The notes beneath the pieces were generated by a model that did not search any database, was not told where the DNA came from, and worked only from the letters and a program-made list of their open reading frames with translations. A DNA stretch of 32,000 nucleotides. Source: Nanobdellota archaeon. GTDB taxonomy: Archaea; Nanobdellota; Nanobdellia; Nanobdellales; Nanobdellaceae. Position 1 is the first letter of the stretch, and every line of letters begins with the position of its first letter. The translations under genes and the position numbers were made by a program. The DNA lies in the NCBI GenBank assembly GCA_042850255.1, contig AP031373.1, forward strand, positions 360,001-392,000. The letters are read 5' to 3'. Shown here one piece after another: positions 27,386 through 32,000 of the stretch.

Positions 27386-27443
27386 TTAATCAGGGAGGAG
27401 GTGTATTCATCATTATTCAGATGCGCGCAACTTCATCACAAAT
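27386..27443 (-). ncRNA. C/D box sRNA (2'-O-methylation guide)
   Basis: Minus strand reads GTGATGA (C, 27439-27433) - AGTTGCGCGCAT (12 nt) - CTGA (D', 27420-27417) - ATA - ATGATGA (C', 27413-27407) - ATACACCTCCTCC (13 nt) - CTGA (D, 27393-27390). Spacing is canonical for archaea. It is the only GC-rich patch in this spacer. Confidence 0.85.
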
Positions 27444-28047
27444 ACTTCAATATTCCTACTTTATTATTATTTAAAATACTTTTTATTAACTTAAAATCAT
27501 TATCAAATATCTCTCTCCATTCTTTATGATATAAAGTAGAAGCTGGATGAAGAGTAGGTATTATTTTTACTTCTTTTCCCCATTTATTTACCTTATAGAT
27601 TTTTCCTCTATCTTTCATAATAGAATTAAATTTTATTCCAAAGTATTCGAATATCCATTTTGTGGAATAATGTCCTAATGTCACTATAATTTCTGGTTGT
27701 ATTATTTCTAATTGTTTTTCTAACCATATTGAGCAAGCTTTTATTTCATTTTCTTTTGGTTCCCTATTATTTGGAGGTCTACATTTTACAACATTTGTTA
27801 TATAAACATCTTTTCTATCAATATTTAATATATTTCTTATATTTTCAGTTAATACTTGTCCAGCTTTTCCTACAAAAGGTTTACCTTGCATATCTTCATC
27901 TCTTCCAGGTGCTTCCCCTATAAAAACTATTTTTGTATTAGCATTACCATCACCAGGAACATAATTTTTCTTTAATTTATATAGTTCGCATCTTTGACAC
28001 TTTAATATTTCTTGATTTAATTTATTTATTTCTTCATTCTTATCCAT
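27436..28047 (-). CDS. udg: Family-4 uracil-DNA glycosylase (4Fe-4S type)
   Basis: CQRCELY...VPGDGNANTKIVFIGEAPGRDEDMQGKPFVGKAGQVL...VVKCRPPNNR...IKACSIWL. The TGA stop lies inside the sRNA C box. Confidence 0.88.
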   Translation of the reverse strand: MDKNEEINKLNQEILKCQRCELYKLKKNYVPGDGNANTKIVFIGEAPGRDEDMQGKPFVGKAGQVLTENIRNILNIDRKDVYITNVVKCRPPNNREPKENEIKACSIWLEKQLEIIQPEIIVTLGHYSTKWIFEYFGIKFNSIMKDRGKIYKVNKWGKEVKIIPTLHPASTLYHKEWREIFDNDFKLIKSILNNNKVGILKYL

Positions 28048-28082
28048 AAAAATATTATAAAAATAATTTTTATTTTACTTTA

Positions 28083-28910
28083 ATGTTTGCTCATGCACAG
28101 GGTGAATTTGAAAAATCAAAATGGGTAATAATTGGAGTACCTTCTGAAATTGGTAGCTTATCTCATGTTAAAAATTATGTAGAAGGGCCAGAAGCAATAA
28201 GGGATGCATCATATAGAATCTTTTCTCCTATATTTGGTAAAATAAATATGGAGGAAATATATGATTTTGGAGATATAGATTTAGAAGATGTAAAAGATTT
28301 AAATGAAGTTTATAAAAAAATATACAATGAAGTAAAAGGAAAATATAGAAAAAATAAAAAATATATATTTTTGGGAGGAGACCATTCAATTACTTATCCA
28401 ATTTTAAAAATAATAAAAGAAAATTGGGATGATTTTTATTTATTATATTTTGATGCTCATCCTGATATTCATCCTGATCCTTATCCAAATTATCAAAGTT
28501 TTATATATCATTTAGTTAAAGAAAATTATTTGGATCCAGAGAAAATAATATATATAGGAATATCTAATCTATCTTTTGAAGAAAGAAATATAATAGAAGA
28601 ATGGAAAATAAGATATTATAATCCTTTAGATGTTTGGGATAATATAAAAGATATATCTAAAGAAATATCAAATATCTTAAATGGAAAGAATCTATACATA
28701 TCAATAGATATAGATGTATTTGAAAATGGATGTGGACACTGGTTAGAAGGATTTGGAATAAATCCATATCATTATTTCAAGATAATAAAAGAACTGAAAA
28801 ATATAAATTTAATAGGATTTGACTTAGTAGAATTATTTTCTAGTGAAATATGCGATAATCTTGCAGCAAAAATTGTTTTGGAAACAATATCTATATTTAA
28901 TTCTAAATAG
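28083..28910 (+). CDS. speB: Ureohydrolase (arginase/agmatinase family), agmatinase-like
   Basis: VIIGVPSEIG...GPEAIRDAS, GGDHSITYP, FDAHPDIHPD and SIDIDVF are the Mn-binding motifs of the family. The third motif is followed by EN rather than the usual DP. Confidence 0.75.
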   Translation: MFAHAQGEFEKSKWVIIGVPSEIGSLSHVKNYVEGPEAIRDASYRIFSPIFGKINMEEIYDFGDIDLEDVKDLNEVYKKIYNEVKGKYRKNKKYIFLGGDHSITYPILKIIKENWDDFYLLYFDAHPDIHPDPYPNYQSFIYHLVKENYLDPEKIIYIGISNLSFEERNIIEEWKIRYYNPLDVWDNIKDISKEISNILNGKNLYISIDIDVFENGCGHWLEGFGINPYHYFKIIKELKNINLIGFDLVELFSSEICDNLAAKIVLETISIFNSK

Positions 28911-29952
28911 GATTTTTATATAATATATGTATAGTATTTAAAACTAAAGTCATTGTTCCAAATATTAATATATCTATTGTAAATAATATTATTCTTAAAT
29001 ATATATTTGGACTTATATAATATACCAAAAAGGTAATTAGATTTATTATCAATAATGGAACTCCAGAAATAATTCCTAAAAGTATTTTCTTTTTATCTGG
29101 AAATCTATGATATAAAAATGCGTGGATTGCTGTAAAATAGAATATTATAGATAAAAGAATTGTTTGTAAATAATATATAATATTGTTATTAGTTATAAAG
29201 AATATTTGAGTAAAAAACAAAAATAAGAAAATAAATATTATTAAAAAATACATTGTAAATCCTTCGTTTTTCTTATAAAAGATCTTTTTTATTAAATATA
29301 ATATTAAAAATTCTATAAGAGTAAAAATAGATACTATAGAAGTATAAAATATATTACAAGAAAATATAGATATAACAACTTGTACTAAAAATAATATTGG
29401 TAAAATAATAAATATTATTTCTTTATAATCATTTATCTTATTTAGAATATTCATGCTAAATTTTCTAATATCATTTAAATAATTTACTAAAAATATTAGA
29501 AATATTATCAATGAAAGACTAAATAAATTATAATAATTTATAAAATATATAAAAAATAGATAAATTATTAGGATTAGATAAAATATTAAAGATTTATAAT
29601 TAATTGATATACCATTTTCTGCTATATAATTTCCTATAAGATAAAATATTATAAATAAAAATATATTTCTTGTTAAATAATATATTAATAGATAATTTGA
29701 ATTATATATAAAAAATATCTCTATCGGAACTAAGATATATACAAATTTTATCATGTTTGTCTTTGAATATTTTAATAACGACCACAATATTGGAAGATAT
29801 AATAGACCTAGTGTTAATATGAAAAGAAAATATTTGTAATTAAAAAGATAATATGATAATAAAAATATATAAAATAGAATATATATGATTAATATATAAA
29901 TAGATAAATTTTGATTTTTATCTATATATTTTTCAATAAAGGATTCTTCCAT
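28903..29952 (-). CDS. Polytopic (about 10 TM) membrane protein, unknown function; last gene of the Cys-rich-protein operon
   Basis: 349-aa ORF, extremely I/L/F/Y-rich, with no recognised motif. 32-nt gap from the upstream gene on the same strand. Confidence 0.55.
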   Translation of the reverse strand: MEESFIEKYIDKNQNLSIYILIIYILFYIFLLSYYLFNYKYFLFILTLGLLYLPILWSLLKYSKTNMIKFVYILVPIEIFFIYNSNYLLIYYLTRNIFLFIIFYLIGNYIAENGISINYKSLIFYLILIIYLFFIYFINYYNLFSLSLIIFLIFLVNYLNDIRKFSMNILNKINDYKEIIFIILPILFLVQVVISIFSCNIFYTSIVSIFTLIEFLILYLIKKIFYKKNEGFTMYFLIIFIFLFLFFTQIFFITNNNIIYYLQTILLSIIFYFTAIHAFLYHRFPDKKKILLGIISGVPLLIINLITFLVYYISPNIYLRIILFTIDILIFGTMTLVLNTIHILYKNPI

Positions 29953-29984
29953 TTATTTAATAACAACAAAATCTTTTATAAAAT

Positions 29985-30632
29985 TTAAGCTATTTTTATA
30001 TTTCCATTGCCTAAGTTTACTAAATATACATCTACTGATTGGTATAATGTAATACTATTAACAAAATGACAAGGAACTATATTACATATAATTTCTCCAT
30101 TATAATTTGTAGTACATATTTCATTTCCAGAAATATTTGTAGGGAATAAAAATACAAAAGATTCTTGGGCAGATGATTCATTTTCTAAACAAAAATTATA
30201 TACAAAATAGTAAAAGTTAGAATAAAAATTTTCACATATTATTATATTTATATAATTTAATGAAAAATTTACAGAAATAGGATAACTAATTTTTTCACAA
30301 TTTCCTATAAAGTTTAATATACCAAATGTATAATTTCCTACAGAAGCTCTAAATGGATAAGGAAATATAGCACATGTAGGCAATTCATTTTGATAATTGA
30401 TAGTAAAATATTCTAATTTATTATAGGTTGTATAATATAAAGGATAACTAGGATAACCTAAACAATTTGGAGAGAATAAATCATATAAAATATCTTGAGA
30501 GTATGAAAACTCATTTTTTTGAGCATAATTGTATAAATTTAAAGAAGAAAAAATGCTGGTTAATATTATAATACCTATTAAGAATGAAATAATTAGTATG
30601 GTAGTAAATATTATAGAGAATTGATTCTTCAT
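29985..30632 (-). CDS. N-terminally anchored extracytoplasmic protein with about 9 Cys, unknown function
   Basis: MKNQFSIIFTTILIISFLIGIIILTSIF then SSLNLYNYAQ. The N-terminus is paralogous to the upstream protein. ATGA start/stop overlap at 30629-30632. Confidence 0.6.
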   Translation of the reverse strand: MKNQFSIIFTTILIISFLIGIIILTSIFSSLNLYNYAQKNEFSYSQDILYDLFSPNCLGYPSYPLYYTTYNKLEYFTINYQNELPTCAIFPYPFRASVGNYTFGILNFIGNCEKISYPISVNFSLNYINIIICENFYSNFYYFVYNFCLENESSAQESFVFLFPTNISGNEICTTNYNGEIICNIVPCHFVNSITLYQSVDVYLVNLGNGNIKIA

Positions 30633-31858
30633 TGGTTAATACATTCATTTGGAGTTGGCGGAGTAATAGTTTCTGGACATTGGAATGGAGGTTGACATAC
30701 AGGTTCTTGACATCCACAAAATACTCCACCTCCTAGGACACATTTTGAACAAACGTATGGATAATAGTCTATATATTGATAATTTACTATTATTTCATCA
30801 TTATTTTCAGAATTACCATTACAGGTTATTCCACTCTGTGAAGAACATGAAGGTTTTTGTTGTGCTAAATTACAAGTATTAGATATAAGAGCTCCTGTAG
30901 TGGCATTATAAATATATTGACAATCATAAATACAGTTTAAATATGCATTATATGTTATATTTTCATTATATACTACTGATGATATTGTTATAATTTGAGG
31001 AAATTCATTTCCATCATAATATACATTATATTGACTATCTGTACACGATATACTTACTACACATGCTATATTTCTATTTACACAAACCTGACATGGTATA
31101 TAACATTCATTTGGAGTTTGTATACTTTCACTACATTGTATATATGGATTTCCTGTAAATTCTTCAAATGCTTGGGCACTTATATCACTAGAATAACTAC
31201 CACTTAAAACATTTTGACAATCTTGAAATGATGTATATGGAAAAATAGTGTATGCAAATTGAACTCCTTCATTATATAGATAAAATGCAGGATTATTTAT
31301 TATATTTGCAGTTACTGCAAAGGGTATTAAAGATCCAGTACTACTACTATTAATTATTATATTTACTCCAGTAACTTGCACTGGAAAATCATAATTATAT
31401 TGTCCAGATGTTATTTCATTACAGTCTCCAATTATACCTGCTTCATAATTATCTGTAAATGTAAAATTAACATTATAAGGATAATATAAATTTAATTCAC
31501 TTAAGTCATTAAAGCTTGAATATAAATTAGCTTCATAGTCTCCAGTTAATAATCTATTAAAATAACCTAAAGCTTCATTACATGAAGGAGGAACTATACA
31601 GCCAGGTGGATAAGATGACCACTCTTGTTGGCCCCAGGAAGTTTCGCCAGCGAAATATGAGGTAGAATAAGATTGTTGTATAAAAGATGTATATAAATAT
31701 CCTAGAAAATAATCAGATATAGTATTTAAAGAATTATATCTTACAAATACCTGATTTTGTTGATACCTAAGAGATAATGTATAGAATGTTAATAATATAA
31801 TAATAATTATTATAGATAAAAATAAGATTACGTATATTATTTCTATCTGATTTTTCAT
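30629..31858 (-). CDS. N-terminally anchored, cysteine-rich (about 26 Cys) extracytoplasmic protein, unknown function
   Basis: MKNQIEIIYVILFLSIIIIIILLTFYTL then LSLRYQQNQ. Cys-dense C-terminal half ending CSKCVLGGGVFCGCQEPVCQPPFQCPETITPPTPNECINQ. It starts 2 nt after the upstream stop. Confidence 0.65.
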   Translation of the reverse strand: MKNQIEIIYVILFLSIIIIIILLTFYTLSLRYQQNQVFVRYNSLNTISDYFLGYLYTSFIQQSYSTSYFAGETSWGQQEWSSYPPGCIVPPSCNEALGYFNRLLTGDYEANLYSSFNDLSELNLYYPYNVNFTFTDNYEAGIIGDCNEITSGQYNYDFPVQVTGVNIIINSSSTGSLIPFAVTANIINNPAFYLYNEGVQFAYTIFPYTSFQDCQNVLSGSYSSDISAQAFEEFTGNPYIQCSESIQTPNECYIPCQVCVNRNIACVVSISCTDSQYNVYYDGNEFPQIITISSVVYNENITYNAYLNCIYDCQYIYNATTGALISNTCNLAQQKPSCSSQSGITCNGNSENNDEIIVNYQYIDYYPYVCSKCVLGGGVFCGCQEPVCQPPFQCPETITPPTPNECINQ

Positions 31859-31860
31859 AA

Positions 31861-32000
31861 TTATATTTTAGAGTGAATATATAAAAGTATTAATATTATA
31901 GCTGTAACTACTATACCATGTATTATTCCTAATGCTAGTTGTATATTTGGTAAATAAAATATCGGTAATAAAAATTTATCCATATTTGGAGGCACTCCAA
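31861..32000 (-). CDS. 3' end of a membrane-protein gene whose start lies beyond the window edge (or a 40-aa ORF from ATG 31983)
   Basis: Minus-strand frame is open to the window edge: GVPPNMDKFLLPIFYLPNIQLALGIIHGIVVTAIILILLYIHSKI*. The stop is at 31861-31863. Confidence 0.35.
   Translation of the reverse strand, partial: GVPPNMDKFLLPIFYLPNIQLALGIIHGIVVTAIILILLYIHSKI

Noticed and set aside
27394-27474. Strong Shine-Dalgarno-like GGAGGAGGTG on the plus strand followed by ATG 27421 (17-codon mini-ORF MRATSSQILQYSYFIII)
   Set aside because: The purine tract is the complement of sRNA guide 2, the spacing to the ATG (about 19 nt) is wrong for an SD, and the mini-ORF overlaps the udg 3' end.
30795-30810. 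CTGA-AAAT-AATGATGA on the minus strand, resembling the D'/C' core of a second C/D sRNA
   Set aside because: No flanking C box or terminal D box sits at the right distance, and it lies inside the 409-aa CDS.
24150-31207. Track ORFs 24150-24338(-), 25255-25446(+), 27729-27923(+), 30511-30729(-), 30685-30882(+) and 30995-31207(+)
   Set aside because: They are nested in, or out of frame with, longer supported ORFs, and have no motifs or plausible starts.
1-32000. Scan for CRISPR arrays, rRNA genes, IS elements, transposases, integrases and long direct or inverted repeats
   Set aside because: No regularly spaced repeats, no GC-rich blocks of rRNA size and no transposase or integrase motifs were seen. 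The only GC-rich non-coding islands are the two tRNAs and the C/D sRNA.

Overview
Extremely AT-rich (by eye about 20-25% G+C), almost gap-free archaeal chromosome segment. It holds about 35 genes; many overlap by 1-17 nt and most spacers are 20-55 nt. Hallmark archaeal genes are TFB, proteasome alpha, SBDS, a Pop5-like RNase P subunit, eS24, S27ae, membrane LonB, archaeal AdkA and a family-4 UDG. Two tRNAs and one sRNA stand out as GC-rich islands, which suggests a thermophilic, genome-reduced archaeon. Assignment to a terrestrial nanoarchaeote (Nanopusillus/Nanobsidianus-like DPANN) is inference only. Main content: (i) a 6.7 kb alpha-glucan (glycogen) island with a debranching enzyme, a GH57 hydrolase and two non-homologous synthases (GT4/5-type and eukaryote-type GT3), with a MinD/ParA-type ATPase and a small charged protein translationally coupled to the GT3 synthase; (ii) a LonB gene interrupted by a 468-aa LAGLIDADG intein; (iii) several large N-glycosylation-sequon-rich surface proteins, one thermopsin-like and one a 1461-aa ORF that looks like two complete modules fused in frame; (iv) a canonical C/D box sRNA whose C box supplies the udg stop codon; (v) a minus-strand operon of N-terminally anchored, cysteine-rich proteins running off the 3' edge; (vi) a prephenate dehydratase whose conserved frame has no canonical start codon; (vii) tRNA-Pro(GGG) and tRNA-Thr(GGU), the latter sharing a nucleotide with the upstream stop codon. 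No CRISPR array, rRNA, transposase or integrase was seen. All family calls rest on motif recognition by eye, not on searches.
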